Source: Escherichia coli (GTDB lineage: Bacteria; Pseudomonadota; Gammaproteobacteria; Enterobacterales; Enterobacteriaceae). From it: a stretch of DNA of 64,000 nucleotides. The notes under the pieces are model-generated. The model ran no database searches, had not been told where the DNA came from, and saw only the letters and a program-made list of their open reading frames with translations. This document shows, one piece after another, positions 24,235 to 35,491 of this stretch. The DNA is taken from NCBI RefSeq assembly GCF_003018255.1, contig NZ_CP027440.1. The stretch is one strand, 5' to 3'. How positions within the stretch are numbered: the first letter of the stretch is position 1; each line of letters starts with the position of its first letter. The position numbers were made by a program, and so were the translations under genes.

Positions 24235-24867
24235 TTACTCTTTTGCGGCTAACGCCAACATTTGCATCATAAACATCACCGAGGTCGCACCGGGGTCCTG
24301 GTGACCAATACTGCGTTCACCGAGATAACTGGCACGGCCTTTGCGAGCTTGCATCGTAATCGTACTTTGTGCAGCGGATTCGGCGACGCTACTGGCAGCT
24401 TCGAGCGCCGCCGGAATAGAGAGATTTTGCTCGCTGGACTGACGTAACGATTCCACCACCGGCACCCACACATCACACATGGTTTTATCGCCAGGTTCGG
24501 CTTTCCCGCGACTGATTACGCCGTCCGCGCCATCGCGGAACATCTGATAAAGCTCTTCCAGCGTCAGGCTTTGCCGTGCCTGGGTCGCCTGTGCGGCGCG
24601 GATAAAGAAGGTACCGAAAAGCGGACCACTGGCACCACCGACGCTGGAAAGTAGCGTCATACCGGTATTCTTGAGAATGAAACCGATATCTTTATCTGCG
24701 ATAGCAGGGAGTTTTTCCACCACTTTGCTAAAGCCTCGGTTCATATTTAGCCCGTGGTCAGCGTCGCCAATTTCGCGATCCAGTCCGGTAAGATACTCGC
24801 TCTCGGTGCTGAAAATATCGCCACAACGAGTGAGCCAGTTAACAATTTGAGTTCTGCTCAGTGACAT
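24235..24867 (-). CDS. dhaL: DhaL, dihydroxyacetone kinase ADP-binding subunit
   Basis: The start is at ATG 24867 (MSLSRTQIVNW), giving 210 aa. Confidence 0.95.
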   Translation of the reverse strand: MSLSRTQIVNWLTRCGDIFSTESEYLTGLDREIGDADHGLNMNRGFSKVVEKLPAIADKDIGFILKNTGMTLLSSVGGASGPLFGTFFIRAAQATQARQSLTLEELYQMFRDGADGVISRGKAEPGDKTMCDVWVPVVESLRQSSEQNLSIPAALEAASSVAESAAQSTITMQARKGRASYLGERSIGHQDPGATSVMFMMQMLALAAKE

Positions 24868-24877
24868 TGCTATCTCC

Positions 24878-25948
24878 TTATTTACCCCAGTTAAGGGCCG
24901 GGGTGTGGACCGGGGCGTCCCAGAGTGCCAGCGTTTCGTCATCAACTTTCAGTAAGGTGATTGAGAAACCGGTCATATCCAGTGAGGTGCAGTACGCGCC
25001 AATTAAATTACGCTCGATAGTCAATCCCGCTTGCTGGCAACGTGTGGTCAGGCGGTTATAGACGCCGTACAGCTCAGAAAGCGGAGTTGCGCCAAGATTG
25101 TTAACCAGCGCAATCAACCGATCGCCAGACTGGAGCGGTTGTTTAGTTTGTGATTCTTCCTGCCAACTGCCTTGTTGATAATCCCAGAAACGCAAAGTGC
25201 GATGGTATGAGCCATTTTCCAGCAGGGTGTCGAACATTTCATCGACGGTTTGATCAAGGGAAGAGAAGGGACGGCGGTCAATACCTGGCTCACCATGAAT
25301 GCCGACGCCAAACTCCATCTCATTGTCCGCCAGGGTAAAAGAAGGTTTGCCCGCGGCAGGAACGGTACAGGCACCGAGAGCGATACCTATTGAGTGGCCT
25401 TGATTATTCAACTTACGCCCCAGTTCCGCACAGGCGTCCAGTGAGTCGCCACGCTCGGCCGCTGCGCCTACGAGTTTTTCAATTAATACGGTGTTGGCAA
25501 CGCCGCGTCGCCCGGCGGTATAAAGACTGTCTTTTACCGCAACGTCGTCATCAATGACCACAGTGGTCACTTTTACGCCGCTATCGTGCAGTAACTCGGT
25601 CGCTGTTTCAAAGTTAAGAATATCGCCGGTGTAATTTTTGATAATCAACAGTACACCTTCGCCGCCATCAATTTGCATGGCGCATTCAAAGATTTTATCG
25701 GGCGTCGGTGAGGTGAAAATTTCGCCCGGACAGGCCCCCGAAAGCATCCCCTGACCGATATAACCACAATGCATCGGCTCGTGTCCGCTGCCGCCACCCG
25801 ACAGCAGGGCGACTTTACCTGCAACGGGGGCATCAGATCGGGTGACATACACCGGATCCTGGTGCAGTGTCAGAGATGGATGCGCTTTCGCTAGTCCTGC
25901 CAGTTGTTCGTCCAGTACGTCTTGCACATCATTGATCAATTTTTTCAT
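24878..25948 (-). CDS. dhaK: DhaK, dihydroxyacetone kinase substrate-binding subunit
   Basis: The start is at ATG 25948 (MKKLINDVQDV), giving 356 aa. Confidence 0.95.
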   Translation of the reverse strand: MKKLINDVQDVLDEQLAGLAKAHPSLTLHQDPVYVTRSDAPVAGKVALLSGGGSGHEPMHCGYIGQGMLSGACPGEIFTSPTPDKIFECAMQIDGGEGVLLIIKNYTGDILNFETATELLHDSGVKVTTVVIDDDVAVKDSLYTAGRRGVANTVLIEKLVGAAAERGDSLDACAELGRKLNNQGHSIGIALGACTVPAAGKPSFTLADNEMEFGVGIHGEPGIDRRPFSSLDQTVDEMFDTLLENGSYHRTLRFWDYQQGSWQEESQTKQPLQSGDRLIALVNNLGATPLSELYGVYNRLTTRCQQAGLTIERNLIGAYCTSLDMTGFSITLLKVDDETLALWDAPVHTPALNWGK

Positions 25949-26063
25949 TATTTTGCTCCAGCAATTACGGTAGGGCATGGATGATGTTCAACGACACGGC
26001 GACCACTGACTGCCGATGAATCCATTGTGCATCAGGCAAGGGAAAAGAAAATTAGCCCAAATT

Positions 26064-26112
26064 ATGTTTCATAGTGAAACATATTCTTTAATGAATGTTC
26101 CATATTGAAACT
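26064..26112. promoter_or_regulatory. Paired inverted repeats in the dhaK-dhaR divergent region (probable DhaR operator)
   Basis: The perfect palindrome atgtttca-tag-tgaaacat is followed 12 nt later by the related atgttccatattgaaac. Confidence 0.4.
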
Positions 26113-26175
26113 TTTACGTGTATTAATACTTAAAATTGCGAGCCGGAACACCTTTTGTCATAAGGGATGCGGGAT

Positions 26176-28095
26176 ATGAGTAGCGCTTTTAACAACGATG
26201 GTCGGGACATATCTCCCTTAATTGCAACCTCCTGGGAGCGATGCATTAAGCTGATGAAACGGGATACATGGAACGTACCACACCAGGCCCAGGGCGTGAC
26301 ATTTGCGTCTATTTATCGGCGTAAGAAAGCGATGCTGACGCTCGGGCAGGCTGCGCTGGAAGATGCCTGGGAATATATGGCACCGCGAGCGTGTGCGCTG
26401 CTTATCCTCGATGAAACCGCCTGCATTCTCAGCCGTAATGGCGATCCGCAAACCTTGCAGCAACTAAGTGCACTGGGATTCAATGACGGCACGTATTGCG
26501 CCGAGGGAATTATTGGTACTTGTGCGCTATCGTTAGCGGCTATCTCTGGTCAGGCCGTGAAAACGATGGCCGATCAACATTTCAAACAGGCACTCTGGAA
26601 CTGGGCCTTTTGTGCAACGCCGTTGTTTGACAGCAAGGGCCGATTGACGGGAACAATAGCGCTGGCGTGTCCGGTTGAGCAAACTACCGCAGCTGATTTG
26701 CCGTTGACGTTGGCAATCGCACGCGAGGTCGGAAATTTACTGCTGACGGACAGTTTGCTCGCTGAAACTAACCGTCATTTAAATCAACTTAATGCCCTGT
26801 TAGAAAGTATGGATGATGGCGTGATTAGCTGGGACGAGCAGGGTAATTTGCAATTTATTAATGCCCAGGCGGCGCGGGTCTTACGCCTTGACGCGACGGC
26901 AAGTCAGGGACGGGCAATCACTGAACTCTTAACGTTACCCGCCGTATTGCAACAAGCAATAAAACAGGCACATCCGCTCAAACACGTAGAAGCAACCTTT
27001 GAAAGCCAGCACCAGTTTATTGATGCGGTGATAACCCTTAAACCGATAATAGAAACGCAGGGAACCAGCTTTATTTTGTTGCTCCATCCTGTGGAACAGA
27101 TGCGGCAGTTAATGACCAGTCAATTAGGAAAAGTCAGCCATACTTTCGCTCATATGCCACAAGAGGATCCGCAAACCCGCCGTTTGATTCATTTTGGTCG
27201 CCAGGCGGCGCGCAGTAGCTTTCCTGTCCTGCTTTGTGGAGAAGAGGGCGTGGGCAAGGCACTGCTAAGTCAGGCAATTCATAATGAAAGTGAGCGTGCA
27301 GCAGGGCCTTATATCGCCGTCAATTGTGAGTTATATGGTGATGCGGCGCTGGCGGAAGAATTTATTGGCGGCGATCGCACGGACAATGAAAATGGTCGTT
27401 TGAGTCGACTGGAACTGGCGCACGGCGGCACGCTGTTTCTTGAAAAGATTGAATATCTGGCGGTGGAGTTACAGTCTGCTTTGCTTCAGGTTATCAAGCA
27501 GGGTGTTATCACGCGACTGGATGCGCGGCGTTTAATACCCATTGATGTCAAAGTGATTGCCACAACGACCGCGGACCTGGCAATGCTGGTGGAACAAAAT
27601 CGTTTTAGTCGCCAGCTGTATTACGCGCTGCATGCATTTGAAATTACCATCCCGCCTCTGCGTATGCGGCGTGGCAGCATTCCGGCGCTGGTGAATAACA
27701 AATTACACAGTCTTGAAAAACGCTTCTCTACGCGGCTGAAAATTGATGACGATGCCCTCGCTCGCCTGGTTTCCTGTGCATGGCCTGGCAACGATTTTGA
27801 ACTTTACAGCGTCATCGAGAATCTTGCTCTGAGTAGTGATAACGGGCGCATTCGCGTCAGTGATTTACCTGAACATCTCTTTACCGAGCAGGCGACAGAT
27901 GATGTCAGCGCCACTCGCCTTTCCACCAGTCTGTCATTTGCGGAAGTTGAAAAAGAGGCAATTATTAACGCAGCCCAGGTCACAGGCGGTCGCATTCAGG
28001 AAATGTCGGCTTTACTTGGAATCGGCCGCACTACGCTGTGGCGGAAAATGAAGCAACATGGCATTGATGCAGGGCAGTTTAAGCGCCGTGGATAG
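26176..28095 (+). CDS. dhaR: DhaR, AAA+ enhancer-binding-type activator of dhaKLM
   Basis: The start is at ATG 26176 (MSSAFNNDGR), giving 639 aa. It has a GAF/PAS N-terminus, Walker A GEEGVGK and a C-terminal Fis-type HTH. Confidence 0.95.
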   Translation: MSSAFNNDGRDISPLIATSWERCIKLMKRDTWNVPHQAQGVTFASIYRRKKAMLTLGQAALEDAWEYMAPRACALLILDETACILSRNGDPQTLQQLSALGFNDGTYCAEGIIGTCALSLAAISGQAVKTMADQHFKQALWNWAFCATPLFDSKGRLTGTIALACPVEQTTAADLPLTLAIAREVGNLLLTDSLLAETNRHLNQLNALLESMDDGVISWDEQGNLQFINAQAARVLRLDATASQGRAITELLTLPAVLQQAIKQAHPLKHVEATFESQHQFIDAVITLKPIIETQGTSFILLLHPVEQMRQLMTSQLGKVSHTFAHMPQEDPQTRRLIHFGRQAARSSFPVLLCGEEGVGKALLSQAIHNESERAAGPYIAVNCELYGDAALAEEFIGGDRTDNENGRLSRLELAHGGTLFLEKIEYLAVELQSALLQVIKQGVITRLDARRLIPIDVKVIATTTADLAMLVEQNRFSRQLYYALHAFEITIPPLRMRRGSIPALVNNKLHSLEKRFSTRLKIDDDALARLVSCAWPGNDFELYSVIENLALSSDNGRIRVSDLPEHLFTEQATDDVSATRLSTSLSFAEVEKEAIINAAQVTGGRIQEMSALLGIGRTTLWRKMKQHGIDAGQFKRRG

Positions 28096-28131
28096 CGGGA
28101 GAGTATGTACTTTCCCGCTATGAATTGCTAA

Positions 28132-28308
28132 TTAATAGCGACCATGACTGCCGTGATTTGGTCCACCATTTGAAGGTGGCATTGGCTTACCGGAGGGCGC
28201 AGGACCACGAGGGCCATCGCTGTGGCGGTGATGATGGTGGGGAACACAAGCACTTAACAGGCTCGCAAAGACAATTGCTAACAGGCTGAAGGTAAATGTT
28301 TTTTTCAT
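28132..28308 (-). CDS. Hypothetical 58-aa lipoprotein with a His/Pro/Gly-rich mature part
   Basis: ATG 28308 is preceded by AAGAG. The signal peptide carries the lipobox MKKTFTFSLLAIVFASLLSA-C. The 38-residue mature part is CVPHHHHRHSDGPRGPAPSGKPMPPSNGGPNHGSHGRY. I do not recognise a homolog. Confidence 0.55.
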   Translation of the reverse strand: MKKTFTFSLLAIVFASLLSACVPHHHHRHSDGPRGPAPSGKPMPPSNGGPNHGSHGRY

Positions 28309-28334
28309 GACAAACTCTTGAACGGTTAATGCAC

Positions 28335-28350
28335 TGTGATTGTTATCACA
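28335..28350. promoter_or_regulatory. Perfect CRP-type half-sites upstream of the small lipoprotein ORF
   Basis: The sequence is TGTGAttgttaTCACA (TGTGA-N6-TCACA; the arms extend to tgtgat/atcaca). It is centred 34.5 nt upstream of ATG 28308. Confidence 0.5.
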
Positions 28351-28433
28351 TAAAAGGCACATTGTTAATATTGCCAGGAGTCTGATTATGATTTTCGATA
28401 ACTCAGAATTGAAAGAAGCCGCGTAGCAGGCGT

Positions 28434-28466
28434 AAAAAAGCCATTATGTGCGACTCACATAATGGC
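28434..28466 (-). terminator. Rho-independent terminator after ychF
   Basis: Perfect 11-bp stem gccattatgtg-cgact-cacataatggc, followed on the minus strand by TTTTTT. Confidence 0.85.
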
Positions 28467-28498
28467 TCATTATTAACCGTCAGGGTATTACGTGGAAT

Positions 28499-29590
28499 TT
28501 AGACGTTGAACAGGAAGTTCATCACATCGCCATCTTTAACGATGTAATCTTTACCTTCTGCACGCATTTTGCCTGCTTCTTTCGCGCCTTGTTCACCTTT
28601 GTAAGTGATGAAATCTTCAAACGAGATAGTCTGTGCGCGGATAAAGCCTTTTTCGAAATCGGTATGGATTTTGCCAGCCGCTTGCGGTGCAGTTGCGCCG
28701 ACGGGGATGGTCCATGCGCGCACTTCTTTCACCCCAGCGGTGAAGTAAGTTTGCAGGTTCAGCAGTTTATAACCGGCACGGATCACACGGTTCAGGCCCG
28801 GCTCTTCCAGTCCCAGTTCCTGCATAAACTCTTCACGTTCTTCATCGTCCAGTTCGGCAATGTCTGCTTCAACAGCTGCACAAACCGGAACCACAACAGA
28901 ACCTTCTTTCGCCGCGATTTCACGCACCTGGTCAAGATACGGGTTGTTTTCAAAACCGTCTTCGTTGACGTTGGCGATGTACATCGTCGGTTTCAGCGTC
29001 AGGAAGCTCAGGTAACGAATAGCCGCTTTTTCTTCTGCGCTTAAATCCAGCGCGCGCAGCATGCCCGCGTTTTCCAGCTGTGGAAGGCATTTTTCCAGTA
29101 CTGCCAGTTCGGCTTTCGCGTCTTTATCGCCGCCTTTGGCTTTCTTCTGTACGCGGTGAATCGCGCGCTCGCAGGTGTCGAGATCCGCCAGTGCCAGTTC
29201 GGTATTGATAACTTCAATATCGTCCGCCGGGTTAACTTTACCGGAAACGTGAATGATATTGTCATTCTCAAAGCAGCGAACAACGTGGCCGATCGCTTCG
29301 GTTTCACGAATGTTGGTCAGGAACTGGTTACCCAGACCTTCACCTTTCGACGCGCCCTTTACCAGACCGGCGATATCGACAAATTCCATGGTAGTGGGAA
29401 GCGTACGCTGCGGTTTTACGATTTCAGCCAGTTGATCCAGGCGAGGGTCAGGCATTGGTACGACGCCCGTGTTCGGCTCAATGGTACAGAATGGAAAGTT
29501 GGCCGCTTCAATACCGGCTTTGGTCAGCGCGTTGAACAGGGTAGATTTCCCGACGTTGGGCAAACCGACGATACCGCATTTGAATCCCAT
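28499..29590 (-). CDS. ychF: YchF, ribosome-associated Obg-family ATPase
   Basis: A 363-aa ORF with the P-loop GLPNVGKST. Confidence 0.97.
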   Translation of the reverse strand: MGFKCGIVGLPNVGKSTLFNALTKAGIEAANFPFCTIEPNTGVVPMPDPRLDQLAEIVKPQRTLPTTMEFVDIAGLVKGASKGEGLGNQFLTNIRETEAIGHVVRCFENDNIIHVSGKVNPADDIEVINTELALADLDTCERAIHRVQKKAKGGDKDAKAELAVLEKCLPQLENAGMLRALDLSAEEKAAIRYLSFLTLKPTMYIANVNEDGFENNPYLDQVREIAAKEGSVVVPVCAAVEADIAELDDEEREEFMQELGLEEPGLNRVIRAGYKLLNLQTYFTAGVKEVRAWTIPVGATAPQAAGKIHTDFEKGFIRAQTISFEDFITYKGEQGAKEAGKMRAEGKDYIVKDGDVMNFLFNV

Positions 29591-29706
29591 GATTTAAATC
29601 ACCTTAATATCTTAATAATCAACCTGTTATTGCTAACAGATTGCAGAAATGGAAATAACTTTGCCTATTATACACGGCACTCGGCAAAAATGCCGCAGAC
29701 AACGAC

Positions 29707-30291
29707 TTATTGCGCTTTAAAGGCGTGCAATCGGTTCGTTGCTTTGGTCAAGCCATCTGTAAACCATATTTCAGTACAACGTGCCGCTTCGTCGATGGCT
29801 TCATCAATTAACTTCTGTTCACTAACAGGCGGTTTGCCTAACACAAAACCGACAACTTTATTTTTATCGCCTGGATGACCAATTCCGATGCGTAAACGGT
29901 GAAAGTTAGGGTTATTACCCAATTTACTGATGATGTCTTTCAGTCCATTGTGACCACCATGGCCACCGCCCAACTTAAATTTGGCGACGCCAGGAGGCAG
30001 ATCCAGTTCGTCGTGGGCCACCAGAATCTCGTCCGGATTAATGCGGAAAAAACTGGCCATCGCCGCAACGGCTTTGCCGCTGAGATTCATAAATGTAGTC
30101 GGGACTAACAGGCGGACATCTTCGCCTCCAAGGGTGACTCGCGAAGTATAACCAAAGAATTTAGCCTCTTCGCGCAGCGGAGCGCGCAATCGCTCTGCCA
30201 GTAAGTCAACGAACCAGGCACCAGCATTATGTCGCGTTGCGGCGTATTCAGCGCCGGGGTTCGCCAGGCCGACAATCAATTTAATCGTCAC
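29707..30291 (-). CDS. pth: Peptidyl-tRNA hydrolase
   Basis: A 194-aa ORF ([13 protein letters not shown]...HNG motif) recognised as Pth. Confidence 0.97.
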   Translation of the reverse strand: MTIKLIVGLANPGAEYAATRHNAGAWFVDLLAERLRAPLREEAKFFGYTSRVTLGGEDVRLLVPTTFMNLSGKAVAAMASFFRINPDEILVAHDELDLPPGVAKFKLGGGHGGHNGLKDIISKLGNNPNFHRLRIGIGHPGDKNKVVGFVLGKPPVSEQKLIDEAIDEAARCTEIWFTDGLTKATNRLHAFKAQ

Positions 30292-30568
30292 GTTTTTTTG
30301 TCCTGAGTGTGTACATAACTGGCGCGTAGTTTACTGTTTGCGGCCCCGCTTGACAAAAAACTGCGTATCAAATGCAGATAACGCAATAATTGCCTAAGTG
30401 GACTATTAGAAAGTCAAGGTGTTCAGGCGTTTATTTGTAAAGTTTTGTTGAAATAAGGGTTGTAATTGTGATCACGCCCGCACATAACCCACAGGGTGTT
30501 GTCTATACTTTACACATAAGGAAGAGGGGTATTCCCTGTTACAACCCAGAAAGTTCCGGAGGTGACAT

Positions 30569-30847
30569 ATGAAACGCAAAAACGCTTCGTTACTCGGTAA
30601 CGTGCTCATGGGGTTGGGTCTGGTGGTAATGGTGGTCGGCGTGGGGTATTCAATCCTCAACCAGTTACCACAGTTTAATATGCCCCAGTATTTCGCACAT
30701 GGTGCAGTGCTAAGTATTTTCGTCGGTGCCATTCTCTGGCTGGCGGGTGCCCGTGTTGGCGGGCATGAACAGGTGTGCGACCGTTACTGGTGGGTTCGCC
30801 ACTATGACAAACGTTGCCGCCGTAGCGATAATCGCCGTCATAGCTAA
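30569..30847 (+). CDS. ychH: YchH, small stress-induced membrane protein
   Basis: A 92-aa ORF with two TM segments and a basic C-terminus. Confidence 0.85.
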   Translation: MKRKNASLLGNVLMGLGLVVMVVGVGYSILNQLPQFNMPQYFAHGAVLSIFVGAILWLAGARVGGHEQVCDRYWWVRHYDKRCRRSDNRRHS

Positions 30848-30864
30848 CAAATAATGCGGTTTGC

Positions 30865-30892
30865 TGACCAGTCAGTTTGCGCTGACTGGTCA
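30865..30892. terminator. Bidirectional hairpin between ychH and dauA
   Basis: Perfect 11-bp stem tgaccagtcag-tttgcg-ctgactggtca. Confidence 0.6.
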
Positions 30893-30901
30893 ATTTCGTA
30901 C

Positions 30902-32581
30902 TTATAAATCCGCCATCGCCGCGCGACGATTCGGGAAGAACGCCAGGCGTCCCGGGATCGGTTGAATGCCTGCGCGAGCCATAGTGCGCAGTGGCTGGAA
31001 TTCCACGTTGCACACGCGCAGTTCACATCCTTCGGGTAGACGCTTCACAAAACGCTGGAACGCATCAAGACCACCAGCATCAAGTACCGGAACGGCATCC
31101 CACTTCAGAATCACAATCCGTTTGCCTTCAAGACGTGACTCCAGGTCCGTGAACAAGCCTTCAGCGGCAGCAAAGAACAGCGGGCCAATAACGCGCAGAA
31201 CCAGAACATCGTCTGGAACGTCTACGACTACCGGTGCCAGGCGAGTCATACGTGCGATACGACGCATAAACAGTAGCGATGCCAGCACGATCCCCACGCT
31301 GATGGCAATAACCATATCAAACAGCACGGTCAGCGACATGCACAGCAGCATGACGATGATGTCATCTTTCGGCGCATGACGCAGCAAGTCGACCACTTTG
31401 TGCGCTTCACTCATGTTCCACGCCACCATCAACAGCAGGGCAGCCATGGCGGAAAGAGGCAGCCAGGAGAGCAGCGGTGCCAGTACCAGCAGGGCAAGAA
31501 TAACCAGAATAGAGTGGATCACCGCCGAGATAGGGGAAGTTGCCCCGGCACGGACGTTAGCGGCAGAACGCGCGATGGCAGCTGTAGCGGTAATACCACC
31601 AAAGAACGGAGCGATGATATTCCCCAGTCCCTGTCCAACCAGTTCACTGTTCGCTTTGTGTTTCGTCCCGGTCATACCATCCAGCACCACGGCGCAGAGC
31701 AGTGATTCAATTGCCCCTAACATCGCCATCGAAAATGCTGCCGGAAGCAGAGTGCGAATGGAGTCCCAGGTGAGGGTAAATTCGGAATTGGGCAGGTCCC
31801 ACGGCAGTACCAGTTGCGGCAGCAGTTGCGGAATACCGTTACCCTGAGAACCATCGGCCAGAACGTAGTGGAATTGCGAACCGATGGTAGCAACATGTCC
31901 GCCGAGCAGGTTAACAATCCCCATCACCGCGCAACCAGCCAGCAAGGCCGGAAGGTGACCGGGTAAACGAATGCCCAGACGTGGCCAGAAAACCAGAATG
32001 CCAAGCGTCACAATGCCAATGGCAGCATCACCCACATTAATGGTCGGCAACGCCATAAATAATGCGCCGACTTTTTGTAGATAATGTTCAGGGACATGGG
32101 CCATTTGCAGACCGAGAAAATCTTTAATCTGCATGGTACCGATGGTGATCCCGATACCGGAAGTAAAACCTAAGGTAACGGAAACCGGAATATATTCAAT
32201 CAAGCGTCCAAAACGTGCCAGCCCCATCAGGATCAAAAAGACACCTGACATGAGTGTCGCGACCAGCAGTCCTGCCAGTCCAAACTGTTGCGAAACGGGA
32301 TAGAGAATTACCACAAATGCCGCAGTCGGACCGGAAACGCTAAAGCGTGACCCACCCGTCAGAGCAATGACAATCCCCGCAACAGCTGCGGTATATAAAC
32401 CGTACTGGGGTGCCACACCACTACCAATAGCCAACGCCATTGCCAGCGGGATAGCAATAATCCCGACGGTTATCCCGGCAATCAGGTCACGGGTAAACCG
32501 TGCGGCAGTATATTTTTCTTTCCAGCAAGCGTCGATCAGAGCGCGGAAAGGCATCACATGTGAGGAAAATATTTTGTTCAC
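30902..32581 (-). CDS. dauA: DauA (YchM), SulP-family C4-dicarboxylate transporter with a STAS domain
   Basis: A 559-aa ORF with a polytopic SulP core and a C-terminal STAS domain. Confidence 0.95.
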   Translation of the reverse strand: MNKIFSSHVMPFRALIDACWKEKYTAARFTRDLIAGITVGIIAIPLAMALAIGSGVAPQYGLYTAAVAGIVIALTGGSRFSVSGPTAAFVVILYPVSQQFGLAGLLVATLMSGVFLILMGLARFGRLIEYIPVSVTLGFTSGIGITIGTMQIKDFLGLQMAHVPEHYLQKVGALFMALPTINVGDAAIGIVTLGILVFWPRLGIRLPGHLPALLAGCAVMGIVNLLGGHVATIGSQFHYVLADGSQGNGIPQLLPQLVLPWDLPNSEFTLTWDSIRTLLPAAFSMAMLGAIESLLCAVVLDGMTGTKHKANSELVGQGLGNIIAPFFGGITATAAIARSAANVRAGATSPISAVIHSILVILALLVLAPLLSWLPLSAMAALLLMVAWNMSEAHKVVDLLRHAPKDDIIVMLLCMSLTVLFDMVIAISVGIVLASLLFMRRIARMTRLAPVVVDVPDDVLVLRVIGPLFFAAAEGLFTDLESRLEGKRIVILKWDAVPVLDAGGLDAFQRFVKRLPEGCELRVCNVEFQPLRTMARAGIQPIPGRLAFFPNRRAAMADL

Positions 32582-32665
32582 AATAATGTTTCATCCGTGA
32601 GCGCATCATCTGTCAACTAAATGGCAGGTGAAGGAGGCATAGGTCATACAAATGGATATTACAGA

Positions 32666-32688
32666 CAAAAAAACCCGCCGCAGCGGGT
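32666..32688 (-). terminator. Rho-independent terminator after prs
   Basis: Hairpin acccgc-cgca-gcgggt, followed on the minus strand by TTTTTTT. Confidence 0.85.
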
Positions 32689-32705
32689 CTTTGAGCCGGG
32701 TTCGA

Positions 32706-33779
<1,074 letters not shown>

Positions 33780-33803
33780 TCACCGAAACTCAGCTTGCCC
33801 GGC

Positions 33804-34654
33804 TTAAAGCATGGCTCTGTGCAATGGGGAAAGATTAACGCCTTTCGCCACAAAGCCATTGAGCCATTCCGGGGCTTGCTCTAGCACCTGGCGGGCTTCA
33901 GACTCTGTATCAAATTCAGCAAAGACACAGGCCCCTGTCCCAGTCAGGCGCGACGGGGCGTATTCTAACAGCCAGGAAAGCACCGCATCAACCTCGCGAA
34001 AACGTTTTCTTGCGATAACCTCGCAATCATTGCTGAATTCACATTTTAGCAACGTTTCTATTGACCTTTTTGGCGTATTGCGCGGGAGTTCAGGATCTTT
34101 AAAAATCACCGGTGTCGGAATACTTACACCAGGGTGCGCCACCAAGTACCACTTCTCTGGCGGATCCACCGGCGTTAGTATTTCACCAACGCCTTCGGCA
34201 AACGCGGCATGCCCCCGAACAAAGACAGGAACATCTGCGCCCAGCGTCAGCCCCATTTCCGCCAGCTCATCCATGCTTAGCCCGCATTGCCAGAGATGGT
34301 TTAATGCCACCAGCACCGTCGCGGCATTGGATGAACCACCACCCAGACCGCCGCCCATCGGCAAACGCTTGTCAATACTGATTTCTGCACCGCTTCCCGT
34401 AGGAAGACGCCCGCTGTCTGCCGCTGTTTTCATCAGCAACCGTGCTGCGCGAACGATCAGGTTATCTTCATGTTCCACGCCTTCAACGGGTGTTAACAGA
34501 CGAATATCCCCATCGTCACGAAGCTCAATGCTGATGGTGTCGCCGTAATCCAGGAACTGAAACAGCGTTTGCAGCGTGTGGTAACCGTCCGCACGCTGAC
34601 CGGTAATGTATAAAAACAGATTAAGTTTTGCCGGAGAGGGCCACTGTGTCCGCA

Positions 34655-34655
<1 letters not shown>
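33804..34655 (-). CDS. ispE: IspE, 4-diphosphocytidyl-2-C-methylerythritol kinase
   Basis: A 283-aa ORF with the GHMP kinase motif [14 protein letters not shown]. Confidence 0.96.
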
Positions 34656-35347
<692 letters not shown>

Positions 35348-35491
35348 CTATGTTCAAGTTGTCTTAATTGCCAGAATCTAACGGCTTTCGGCAATTACTC
35401 CAAAAGGGGGCGCTCTCTTTTATTGATCTTACGCATCCTGTATGATGCAAGCAGACTAACCCTATCAACGTTGGTATTATTTCCCGCAGAC

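Noticed and set aside
28309-28362. A longer 76-aa version of the small lipoprotein ORF starting MCLLCDNNHSAL.
   Set aside because: The extension precedes a canonical signal peptide and runs through the TGTGA-N6-TCACA palindrome. The internal ATG has the RBS.
29156-29878. A 240-aa plus-strand ORF spanning the ychF 5' part, the ychF-pth gap and the pth 3' end.
   Set aside because: It runs antisense through two recognised genes and their intergenic region, so it is not plausible as a gene.
33811-34548. A 245-aa plus-strand ORF inside ispE.
   Set aside because: It is an antisense shadow ORF with a Ser/Pro/Ala-rich, low-complexity translation.
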